Source: Eledone cirrhosa | Taxonomy: Eukaryota | Direction of reading: 5' to 3' | Length of the DNA stretch: 64,000 nt | Assembly (NCBI GenBank): GCA_964016885.1 | Contig: OZ024745.1 | Coordinates: forward strand, 16,926,001-16,990,000 | Shown here: in pieces, positions 1-12,536 of the stretch | Position numbering within the stretch: position 1 is the stretch's first letter | Layout: each line of letters begins with the position of its first letter | The notes under the pieces: model-generated | The model's input: only the letters and a program-made list of their open reading frames with translations | What the model was told of the DNA's origin: nothing | The model's database searches: none | Translations under genes and position numbers: made by a program

Positions 1-545
1 GGAAGCCACTTCGCTCCAGGGCCTGGTTGTAATGAGGCGCGTGTTCGTCGAATATCTGCTCATTAGCGAACAAACGAGATATGCGGAGGGAGATGTTTTT
101 AACCAGGTTATTGGTGATGTTTCTAGGATCGTTAGAGAGGCGGTGGATGTAGTGCAGGTTGTCGTTTGGTTTCCTGTATGGGTAGTACAGATCATTTTCG
201 AGGTTAAGTGTAACGTTCAGGAAATTGACTTGGGTTAGGGACGTTTGTAGAGTGATTTTAAATTCCCAGTCCCGGAAGAAGTTGATTAGTTGTTTACGGA
301 CTCGGTCTATACTACTTTGAGAGTGAGGAGCCCATCATCCGGGTACAATCCACCGCCGAATGATGCAGGAAACATTTCGGTGAGTTTAAATAGTAGGAAT
401 AATCCTATAAGATCTATGACCTCGGCCGAATCCGTCGCGCCCATACTGGCGTTGAAGAGGTAGTTGGGAGCTCTCTTTATCCACTTAGAGTTGTCGAAAA
501 GTAGGACTGTCTCTCCTGGCGTGGAGAATGATATTTCTTTCCTGG
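1..545 (-). pseudogene. Penelope-like (Naiad-type) reverse transcriptase fragment, RT core to thumb; runs off the left edge of the window
   Basis: Manual minus-strand translation gives ...SMGATDSAEVIDLIGLFLL...GGGLYPDDGLL (YRDDG-like catalytic motif), then after a frameshift ...FKITLQTSLTQVNFLNVTLNLENDLYYPYRKPNDNLHYIHRLSND...RISRLFANEQIFDEHAPHYNQALERSGF, which matches PLE RT motifs. Frameshifted. Confidence 0.85.
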
Positions 546-567
546 TCAGTGATGGGTGTGAGTGAGT

Positions 568-678
568 AGCCCCTAGACAAGTTCGGCTATTTATTCACCA
601 GGCTAAATTCTAATTTAGTCCAGAAATAGCCGTCGAAACGGCTTGAGCTCTGCTGTCGGGGTCATACTTATTCCTATA
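568..678 (+). mobile_element. Inverted, tail-less terminal arm of PLE family E, joined to the RT fragment and ending in (TA)n
   Basis: TCCAGAAATAGCCGTCGAAACGGCTTGAGCTCTGCTGTCGGGGTC...TTCCTA also occurs at about 26610, 27060, 32360 and 36436. Stem CGGCTATT/AATAGCCG followed by GAAA suggests a decayed hammerhead. Confidence 0.6.
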
Positions 679-728
679 TATATAAATATATATATATATA
701 TATCATATATTATATATTATGTAGTATA

Positions 729-773
<45 letters not shown>

Positions 774-1268
774 AAGTATGATGCCGACTGCAGACCTCAA
801 GCTATACCTACATATATTTAGGTAGCAGCCGTACTAAGAGGGAGAAATGAAATTTCGTTTCATTCTTTTCCATATATAAATAAAAATATAGATATATACA
901 TAAATATATATATAATATATTTAGAAACACACAGATACATGCGGACACACACATATATACATGAATGCATCCGCACCCAACTGTGAGTTAAGGGTGCCAA
1001 CTTCACCGATGTTGCTCAATGAATGACTGGGACAGACCAATTCAGTTGAACTAGACTGAACCAGTATCAGAGTTAAAAATACATTATGAAGAGAGAAGAA
1101 ACATTTAGATATAATTAGTAATAAAATGTATCATACCTAAACTGCTTCTAAATTCCTCGACTACGTAGTTTCGTGGCATAAACAAAAACAATATATCATA
1201 AAGATATAGAGTCCCTGCGAGGTCTGCCGACTTATCAAGAGGATACCTCATTTTACTAGTCTCAAGAA

Positions 1269-2350
<1,082 letters not shown>

Positions 2351-2364
2351 TATATATGTATATA

Positions 2365-3250
2365 TGAAAAAGAATGAAACGAAATTTCATTTCTCACACT
2401 TAGTACGGCTGATACCTAAATATAAGTAGGTATACGTACATACATATATGTGTACAGACGTACACATATATGTATGTTCGTATAACTCACTCGATATGCA
2501 AATTAGGCTGCTCAGCCGTTAATATGCATAAGGAAAGTATATACTTTCAAACGTTCAATCGTCTGATAGAAAGGTACACGATGCTGACGATAGCTAATAA
2601 GCTTGAAACTAGTACATCCTTCCTGTGTCAGTGTTGAACAAAAGGGCGACGATGGTTGCCGAACACTGTACGGCGTAATTCGGGCTGTTTGTTTACAAAC
2701 AAACCTAACATTATAATAAATTTCGGTAAACCCATACGTACATATATATATGTGTGTGCATGTATGTATATATATACATAATACTGTACGTATGTACACA
2801 TATAGGTATGTACGTATACATACTTATAAATATTTATATATATATAAATTTATATATATATGTTCGAAAAGAATGAAAGCAAATTTGATTCTCACACTTA
2901 GTTCGGCTTATAGGTAAATATAAGTATGTATACGTACATACATATATGTATACAGACGTACAGTAGTATGTATATATATACATACATGCACATATATATA
3001 TATATATGTACGTATGGGTTTACCTAACTTTTATTATAATGTTCGGTTTGTTTGTAAACTTTCCTTATGCATATTAATGGCTGAGCAGCCTAATTTGCAT
3101 ATCGTGTGAGTTAGTCGGCCGGGTGTACCGAAAACGTTAAATGGAAAAGAAAGAAATGAAATTTCATTTCTCACTCTTAGTTCGGGCTGTTTGTTTACAA
3201 ACAAACTGAACATTATAATAAATGTTCGGTAAACCCATACGTACTTATAT
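2365..3250. repeat. Patchwork of short modules repeated in both orientations (unclassified fold-back repeat)
   Basis: Module GAATGAAACGAAATTTCATTTCTCACACTTAG at about 2371, 2871 and 3152, inverted at about 804-868. GATATGCAAATTAGGCTGCTCAGCC at about 2494 is inverted at about 3058-3103. CGGGCTGTTTGTTTACAAAC...AAACCCATACGTAC at 2681 and 3183 is inverted at about 3009-3058. Confidence 0.7.
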
Positions 3251-3443
3251 ATATATGTGTGCATGTATGTATATATATACATACTACTGTACGTCTGTAT
3301 ACATATATGTATTACGTATACATACTTATATTTATATATATATTTATATATATATATATATATAATTATATATATATACATATATTATGTAATATATAGT
3401 ATATGCATATATGTACATATTTGTTTTATGTTGAACGTATATG

Positions 3444-3575
<132 letters not shown>

Positions 3576-3603
3576 TACATATATATATGTCTATATATAT
3601 ATA

Positions 3604-3661
<58 letters not shown>

Positions 3662-4242
3662 TTTAGTACAGCATCAACGAAGCTTTAGGTTGCAGCCGAG
3701 CTAACGAATGCAGTTTCGGTGTGCAGCTAAGCACTCAATAGAGAATTTTACCCCAGAGTTATAACATTACGTTTAGAAAGCTTTGCAAATCAAATACAGC
3801 GACCAATAGGCTGGCCGCTTAGACCATAGCGACGAAAAAAACTGAATACAGGAAAAATGTTTGACTGACCTGGACCGTCGCGTAGACATTAAATGCAACA
3901 CATAATGTGTGCCGTACAATACACATCACATGCAACATACAACACTTCCGCTAGGTTTCTGTAAATCCGAAATCGACAAATTCCACTTGCAGGGGTTTGT
4001 AAGTTAATGGCTTTTGACGACAGAACAAAGGAATTGCTTCGTCAACCAGTCTTTCGTTCTGTTCCCCAAAGGGTGTGCGTTCTAGCAGTAAACTGCCCAG
4101 AGGCACATAGTTCTCCTAAAGGAGGTAACCCCCGTTTTGGTGGTCAATTAGAAATTTGAAACAAAGGAATAGAATTCCCTTACACAAACCCTTACACTAT
4201 ATATATAGTGCAAATTTATACGGGAACAAAACAGAGAGGCAG

Positions 4243-4287
<45 letters not shown>

Positions 4288-4365
4288 CATACTACATATA
4301 TATATATATATATATAAAATAAAGTTAAATAAAAGTCAAATGATTAAAATTTAGCTTCGTTTATT

Positions 4366-4420
4366 ACTGCTATATATATTTCAGTGACAGCCATCTTTGG
4401 CTGTGACCTCTTCAGGCAGT
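4366..4420 (-). ncRNA. Type I minimal hammerhead ribozyme (family A, left arm)
   Basis: Reverse complement of 8314-8368. Confidence 0.85.
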
Positions 4421-5606
4421 TTGAATTAGTATGGTATAGACAAGTACATATGTTGTTTAGGTGTATGATATTGTCAATACTCTGATATGCCCAGTTCCTT
4501 GCTGGGTTGTTAATTCACTGGGGAACTGGAGTCATATGAATTCAAACAAACGAATTTTCGTGTCACAGGTCCCCTTCTCCTCTCATTGGTCAGTTATTAG
4601 TGTTGTCATTGTTGGAGTTAGCTTAAAAATTGATAAAATGGTAGAAGGGACAAGGTGTTGAAGGAACAAAATATCAAAAAATGTGTCAAACTTCCCATTG
4701 TTCAGTTCTGAGAGCATTCCTCAGTCAGAAGTCTATAGAATTCTTTCTGGGGTGAGGCTCCCTGTAGTGTTTATGCCTACTATTGTTCAGTACATTTGAC
4801 CTCCACCATTATTTTGGTACTGTTGTTGTTGTAGTGGTCAGCTTATACCTTGCTGCTGCTAACAATTTAGAAGTATTCAGTTTGTGTTTTCTCTTCATCC
4901 CACCCGCCACCATCGTAGTGGTGGTGGCGGGGGGGGGGGGTTCTTTCATGTATATGAAGAAATATAAGGCAATAAATGAAGAAAACAGAAGATAAATAAA
5001 TAATATAATAAAATAAAATAATTAATATAATTTGTGTAATTTGAAAATAAATAAATAAATAGAGAATAAAGAATAAAGAGTAAATGAGAGATTGGTGAAA
5101 AAGTAATGATAATGTATATGGAGAAGTGAGAAATAATGTAGGATAAAGTGTGTGTGTGTGTGTGCTATAACCAATCTCAAGGTCAGAATATGTTGGATAG
5201 ATTGGTATGAGACAAGATGTTAAGATGAGATATTCAATGTGTTTGTGTTATAATCTATCTCAACTTAAAATAAATATAAGGTTATACAGTGAAGAGGGCA
5301 GAAAACAAATAACAAATTAATAAAGAGAAATCAAGATTTAAGATTGGAACTTTAAAGTCAGAAATCTGGTAAATTAAAAGTGTTTGTGTTATAGATGTTG
5401 GCCAGATTATTATGGCTGTGTCCGATTCTATCTCTAGGCTATCATGGTGTCTGCTCCGCCTGGGTTGTTCCCTATGGCTTGAGGGGAGTTCACAACCTAG
5501 GGTGTTGTAATTGTCCATATAGCTTGAGGGAGGTCTGGCCGAGAGGTATTTTCATGTTCTGTAGAAGTCCCTATAGCTTGAGGGGAGTTCACATCTTCTT
5601 GTGTTG

Positions 5607-5955
5607 CTACTGTCCATATATTTTGAGAAAGGTCCCGGCTCTAAGGTGTCTGCATGTCCCGAAGAAGTCGGTTCTGAGGTTTATCAGGCCGCTTCCACCT
5701 CTTAGTATCTCGAGGGTCTCGTTCAGGCATAGTTTGCATATGCAAGATCCCCCTTTATCGGGTGGTACTTTCCTGATTATGTACCAGGCCAGAGAGTATG
5801 GGGTCCTGTCCAGCTTAAGCTTCCAGATCAGGTCGGAGAGAGCTGTGCTTTTCCTTTTGGCCTCCTTCTTGAATGAATGGCGATGGTTGTACCAGCGGTC
5901 CTTAAAGCTCGTTGATGTGGCTCCTATGTAGAGGTGTTCGGAGTTGGGGGTTTTA
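5607..5955 (-). pseudogene. Inverted duplicate of the C-terminal half of the GIY-YIG endonuclease
   Basis: KTPNSEHLYIGATSTSFKDRWYNH...CKLCLNE...CRH is identical to the end of the 6369-7136 ORF. Confidence 0.85.
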
Positions 5956-6062
5956 TACAATACAGGCAGAGCAAAATCAAATAGGCACCATGTACCAGAC
6001 ACCACCACACGGGCCGTGGGGACTAGTGCGCTTGACCACGAGATGGAGCACAATATGAGTAG

Positions 6063-7136
6063 CAGTCTCAGGCGTGATGCTAACTACCCCAGGACGGACA
6101 ACCCCAACCGCAGGACACGTGGGGGGGGGGAGGAAACGGGCGACCACCTCACGATGGATCTCCCGGGGCAGACAACAACCACCCCACAAATCCGGGCCGT
6201 GATGATAACAAAAAGTATAGAGCCCAAAAGGGAAGCAACAGTGCGGAAACCACCAGCAAACCAACAAATCTCCAACAAATCACGAAGCCCCCAACCCACA
6301 CATATAGGAGGAGACACCGACAAATCACGTGGTACCACCCACCCTACTCAGCGGCCCTAAAGAAAAGCTTGGCCCGATTGTTCTTTGGAGCACTTGACAA
6401 ATGCTTCCCGAGGGACCACAGATACCACAGGATCTTCAACAGACACACTGTGAAGCTTTCGTATTCCACCACGAGAAATTTGGCCCAACACATAGCTAGC
6501 ATCAACAGAAGTAGGCTTAAAAACCACACACAACCGGAAGATGGCAATACAAACACTCAGCAGAACCATGTGAAAGGAGGGAAGGGGGGACCCAGAGCCC
6601 ACCCAAGAAACACAAACAGACCCAAGGACCCCCCACCGAGCATGGGGGAAGACCAACATGTAACACATAATGAGAACCCTAATCTAAGCACGCAGAGGCC
6701 GCCCACCCTCTGCAACTGTAGAAACCCCGAATCATGCCCCCTTGGTAATGAATGTCTCAAGAAGAACATAGTGTACGGTTGTAGGGTTAAAACCCCCAAC
6801 TCCGAACACCTCTACATAGGAGCCACATCAACGAGCTTTAAGGACCGCTGGTACAACCATCGCCATTCATTCAAGAAGGAGGCCAAAAGGAAAAGCACAG
6901 CTCTCTCCGACCTGATCTGGAAGCTTAAGCTGGACAGGACCCCATACTCTCTGGCCTGGTACATAATCAGGAAAGTACCACCCGATAAAGGGGGATCTTG
7001 CATATGCAAACTATGCCTGAACGAGACCCTCGAGATACTAAGAGGTGGAAGCGGCCTGATAAACCTCAGAACCGACTTCTTCGGGACATGCAGACACCTT
7101 AGAGCCGGGACCTTTCTCAAAATATATGGACAGTAG
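6063..7136 (+). CDS. PLE polyprotein C-terminus: linker, WYHPPY/IFNRHTVKLSYS region, Cys cluster and GIY-YIG endonuclease (5'-truncated, no true start)
   Basis: The frame of ORF 6369-7136 is open from 6063: RRHRQITWYHPPYS...DKCFPRDHRYHRIFNRHTVKLSYS...CNCRNPESCPLGNECLKKNIVYGC...LYIGATSTSFKDRWYNHRHSF...TALSDLIW...CKLCLNE...[14 protein letters not shown]. Probable frameshift at the poly-G run near 6121-6130. Confidence 0.85.
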
Positions 7137-8313
7137 CAACACAAGAAGATGTGAACTCCCCTCAAGCTATAGGGACTTCTACAGAACATGAAAATACCTC
7201 TCGGCCAGACCTCCCTCAAGCTATATGGACAATTACAACACCCTAGGTTGTGAACTCCCCTCAAGCCATAGGGAACAACCCAGGCGGAGCAGACACCATG
7301 ATAGCCTAGAGATAGAATCGGACACAGCCATAATAATCTGGCCAACATCTATAACACAAACACTTTTAATTTACCAGATTTCTGACTTTAAAGTTCCAAT
7401 CTTAAATCTTGATTTCTCTTTATTAATTTGTTATTTGTTTTCTGCCCTCTTCACTTATATTTATTTTAAGTTGAGATAGATTATAACACAAACACATTGA
7501 ATATCTCATCTTAACATCTTGTCTCATACCAATCTATCCAACATATTCTGACCTTGAGATTGGTTATAGCACACACACACACACACTTTATCCTACATTA
7601 TTTCTCACTTCTCCATATACATTATCATTACTTTTTCACCAATCTCTCATTTACTCTTTATTCTTTATTCTCTATTTATTTATTTATTTTCAAATTACAC
7701 AAATTATATTAATTATTTTATTTTATTATATTATTTATTTATCTTCTGTTTTCTTCATTTATTGCCTTATATTTCTTCATATACATGAAAGAACCCCCCC
7801 CCCCCGCCACCACCACTACGATGGTGGCGGGTGGGATGAAGAGAAAACACAAACTGAATACTTCTAAATTGTTAGCAGCAGCAAGGTATAAGCTGACCAC
7901 TACAACAACAACAGTACCAAAATAATGGTGGAGGTCAAATGTACTGAACAATAGTAGGCATAAACACTACAGGGAGCCTCACCCCAGAAAGAATTCTATA
8001 GACTTCTGACTGAGGAATGCTCTCAGAACTGAACAATGGGAAGTTTGACACATTTTTTGATATTTTGTTCCTTCAACACCTTGTCCCTTCTACCATTTTA
8101 TCAATTTTTAAGCTAACTCCAACAATGACAACACTAATAACTGACCAATGAGAGGAGAAGGGGACCTGTGACACGAAAATTCGTTTGTTTGAATTCATAT
8201 GACTCCAGTTCCCCAGTGAATTAACAACCCAGCAAGGAACTGGGCATATCAGAGTATTGACAATATCATACACCTAAACAACATATGTACTTGTCTATAC
8301 CATACTAATTCAA

Positions 8314-8368
8314 ACTGCCTGAAGAGGTCACAGCCAAAGATGGCTGTCACTGAAATATATATAGCAGT
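8314..8368 (+). ncRNA. Type I minimal hammerhead ribozyme (family A, right arm)
   Basis: ACTGC-CTGAAGA-GGTCACAGCC aaagat GGCTGTCACT-GAAA-TATATA-TA-GCAGT, followed immediately by AATAAA. Stem I, core boxes, stem II and a palindromic stem III are all present. Confidence 0.88.
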
Positions 8369-8514
8369 AATAAACGAAGCTAAATTTTAATCATTTGACT
8401 TTTATTTAACTTTATTTTACACTACACCGGAGTAACCAAACCAACCTGCGCACTTCGTCGAGTGCTCCAGCCTGCATACTGAGGTGTTGGTATACAACCA
8501 ACATAAACTCAAAA

Positions 8515-8549
<35 letters not shown>

Positions 8550-9870
8550 GATCAAAATAAAACAAATTAAAATACTCTATATTAAGTTCATGTTTGAACG
8601 AGATTATTTTAAATGTAACGGAAATGAATCAGCGAGATGTCGTAATAAAATACATGACATTAGTTGGTTTTATCGGTTAAGTAGAGTGTCTAATTATATT
8701 CCTCTTCCTCTTTGGAGCTTCATCTTGTGTGATGGGCAAATTTATCAAGGAAGAGGAATTCAGGCTTAAACGCTGATTAAACTACATTTGTCTACTTTGA
8801 AAGCACTGTAGACATTGACATCCAGTGGGTACCGACAAAGACTGACGGATTCTCAAACAGTGGTACTGTTTCTTCAGTTCAACTGCAGGCAGTTCCTGAT
8901 TAACCAATTCCGATCCCATCATGTGGTAGATGCAAAGCAATGATAGGATACACTTGAGTTGAAAATAATTCATATGCAAATTTAACCCGAAGCCATATAT
9001 TTGTGAAGTGATCAGTCATAGTTTGGTCCATGTTTATTCATGATATAATGTCTTTAACACATTTACTCTCAAATGAGTAAGAAGTGACATATTTATACAG
9101 ATAAAATACTAAAGATAATATTATTGTTTTCAAATAATGATTAATATCCTTCACGTAAGATAATATACAACGGCAAACTCATATATGTATATGCATATAT
9201 GAGTTTGAGCGTGTGATATTCTATGTAGACATGCGCGAACGTATATACTAGCGAATACAATTAACTACTGGAGCTGACTCATCCATAAATATACTTTATA
9301 TAGTTGTTTTTTTCTGCTACAAAGCACTGACAATAATCCTCCAAACGCTGCAGAACCCAGTGTTCACGTTGTAATGATACGTTAGCGTCGCCATCTCCTT
9401 CCTATCGTACTCCGTGTAGTACCAACATATTTTGTTTCTGCTGCTTGTCACAGTTGTTTCACATCAAATTCTGCATGCACAGCAATTGTTAAATGTCCGT
9501 TTGTGTCGTTATTTATGTTTGGAAACATTAACAGTCACGACTTTCCACGTGTCATTTTATCGAGAAATTTCAGCACGGGATTAGCATATACACTATCATA
9601 CACGCATTCCTTAGAATTTAGAAAACACCGTTTCTTGAAAATATTTAATGACTTATAACAAATACTGCAAGACAAGAAGGAAATAAAACTTTAGAGAATT
9701 GCAGATATCAGTTTTTCTTTTTATAAATCTTTACCCGTTTGAATATCCATAAGTTTCAAATCAATGTTCACAACTTTGTAAAATGAAATTAAAATGAAGT
9801 ACTCTAGTGCATATATTTGCACGCATCGTAGAAGAATATATATATTTACAATCTTTTGCGATACAAGCAA

Positions 9871-9958
<88 letters not shown>

Positions 9959-10690
9959 ATCTGAAAAGTAAACTGAGAATAAACACAGCAAAACGATACA
10001 GTACAATGAAAGTATATATTATATTAACGCTTGATATATTGGAAACATGTGCTTAACGTATCGAACGTTAGTCCTTCGTCAGATGATACAATGACAAATA
10101 AAGAAGAGATAGAAAGAGCAAAGTGAGTGAGGAGAGGGCGAAACAGAATTTATTTTTTTGCGGAGTGGGGGCGGTAATACGAGTATTTTCAGTTATTCAA
10201 AATACAGATGCCGACATTTGCGCATATGCGATGAAGTTAATTGTATATTATTATGAGAATTACAAGCTGACATCAATATAGCTCTTGATAATTCATGCAC
10301 CCTAATTGGAATTAGTTTATCGGTTCCACTTAAGAAAATAATTGCAAGTCGATACTTTCAAAATCGATGAAAAACATCTGATACAAATCTCTTATGGTGA
10401 CAGATGTTCATACTCTCGAATTCATAAATATCCCTCATTATAGATAAATGTCTCGATGTAAAATCCAGATGTGCGAAATGCTTCATGAATATCATTTGTT
10501 AACTGTGCAGGTAATGGCAATTATAGAAGTTGTGTGTGCTCTGTTAAAATATATATAACAACAAGTGACATCTATTTGCAGTATAAATAATAGCCGTAGT
10601 CAATTTACTAAATAAATATTGACTTCATTGATTAAGTTAGCACTAACCGCAATTGTTTCAGCATATGGTGAAACCAGGTATATATGTATG

Positions 10691-10724
<34 letters not shown>

Positions 10725-10905
10725 TATATCTGTATGCTCACTCACATGCAGAACGTTAAATATGTACACAAACACAGACACATACACACACACACAGAAT
10801 TTCAGTTCCCCCATATCATACATTTATAAATCTATACACTCACACACACATATATAAATATATATAAATATATATGTATGTTTGCATATATATAAATATG
10901 TATAT

Positions 10906-10991
<86 letters not shown>

Positions 10992-12189
10992 ACAGTGAAA
11001 GCTAAGGGAAAGATAAGCAACGTCATGACTATATACTTACTGATATCGTCGTTTAATTAGAATACCCGACTTCCTGTTTGATCGTCTTACCAAATAAATA
11101 TATTATCATACGGAAAAACCTATGTATCAAGGTCAAAAGAAACATATTCCTCTCTAAGTTTCAAACTCACTTGGTTTTTTTTATATTGCCTCATATTAAT
11201 TATTGTAGCTTTGATATGCCAACGTTTGTTGCCAATAAACCATCTGTTTTCTTTTCTCTTGTCACCGTTAAAAATAGGTAACATGTTTTCTTTGAATTAT
11301 TTAGGAAATTTTAGTTAGTTTGCATAAGCTCATTTGAATGCTGTTTTCCGTCGGTTCCTCAGAGAAAATATTTGTATAACCTACACAGGGTAATATTGAA
11401 GATAGATAATATTAGATAAATATAATAAGCTACAAGAAAATAACACAAAATTGATATATTCGCTTTATGAATCCCAATGGAAAACAACTCCACCAGTTTT
11501 CGTAAACAGAAGCCACCGACACTGAATAACGCTGTAATTTAACCAAAACTTTTACGTATAAGAGTCACTAATTTTACTGTTATAAGGAATTATTTAAGAT
11601 TACTGAGGGAAGGACAGCCTTGAATCTCTCATTGCCTTTTCCATTTCAAATATTTGGGGTTTTCCATTTCAAATATTTGGGGACGAGTGTTTCAGTTTTC
11701 GCAGTACTGATTTTCATTCCAGGAATGCAGTGGCATCAACGCTTCTGTTAACTCGGCATCAAAGCTTCTGTCGAGTTAAGTAACACCATGCCGTCTGCGA
11801 ATTCCAGACGACTGATTTTATACCTGCCAGTCATGATACCACTTCCAACTCTGCTGCACATTTCAATCCTCTCCACAAAAATATGAACAGGAAAGATGAG
11901 AGTATGCACTCTTGGCGGAATCCGACACGCACATTGAATGGTTTTGATTTAGCACCATTTATCCGAACACACTCCTGCAGAACCTTCCACCGCAGGTCCC
12001 GAGGACGCGGTCATATGCCTTTTCGAGATCTATAAAACAAGAATATATCTCTTAGCATCACTCCCACCATTTCTCGAAGACCTACCGAAGTGCGAGTATT
12101 TGGTCGGCCTTGCTGCGTCCGAGGGAAAAACTGGAGTTAATCGATAAACTCCCTACATCTCTTTATCAGTGCACTCTACATATAAAAGG

Positions 12190-12260
12190 AATTTAACTGA
12201 AGCAGGTGGAGAAGTTCAAGTATCTCGTGGCCATGTTCAGGAGTGAGGGAATACAAGAGT
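12190..12260 (+). mobile_element. RTE-like LINE RT fragment
   Basis: Translates as KQVEKFKYLVAMFRSEG, resembling the QVEEFKYLG..FTSEG motif of LINE RT. Confidence 0.5.
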
Positions 12261-12455
12261 TCTTGTCTGATGTCTTTGTAATAAACAGGCGAAACTCCAG
12301 CGTAGCAAGACCAATTTTTAGCCTTAATAATATTGAATATTAAAACTCTACTTCGGTATTGAGTAATTGAGAACTCCTTTTTCTCATCAGTCAACCACAT
12401 ACGTACAGACACACGCACACACACACGCGCATACGCACACACATATATATATGTA

Positions 12456-12536
<81 letters not shown>

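Larger units (their letters stand above)
4315..8516 (+). mobile_element. Naiad-type PLE family A, 5'-truncated fold-back insertion in (TA)n with ~1.63-kb inverted arms
   Basis: 4315-5955 is the near-perfect reverse complement of 6788-8419 (the ORF track mirrors identical peptides). The spacer is coding, a tail at 8420-8516 is present only on the right arm, and (TA)n flanks both sides. Confidence 0.92.

Noticed and set aside
5395-5931. 178-aa ORF and its mirror at 6812-7348; also the 85-aa mirrored ORFs at 40152 and 40992
   Set aside because: Antisense or UTR shadow frames duplicated by the inversions.
7137-7400. SECIS element in the family A 3' UTR
   Set aside because: No convincing AUGA...AA...GA kink-turn stem was seen, and the young copy has no in-frame TGA.
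4315-8419. DNA transposon with long TIRs (Foldback/Polinton)
   Set aside because: The arms contain PLE endonuclease, 3' UTR and hammerheads; there is no transposase or integrase and the tail is asymmetric.
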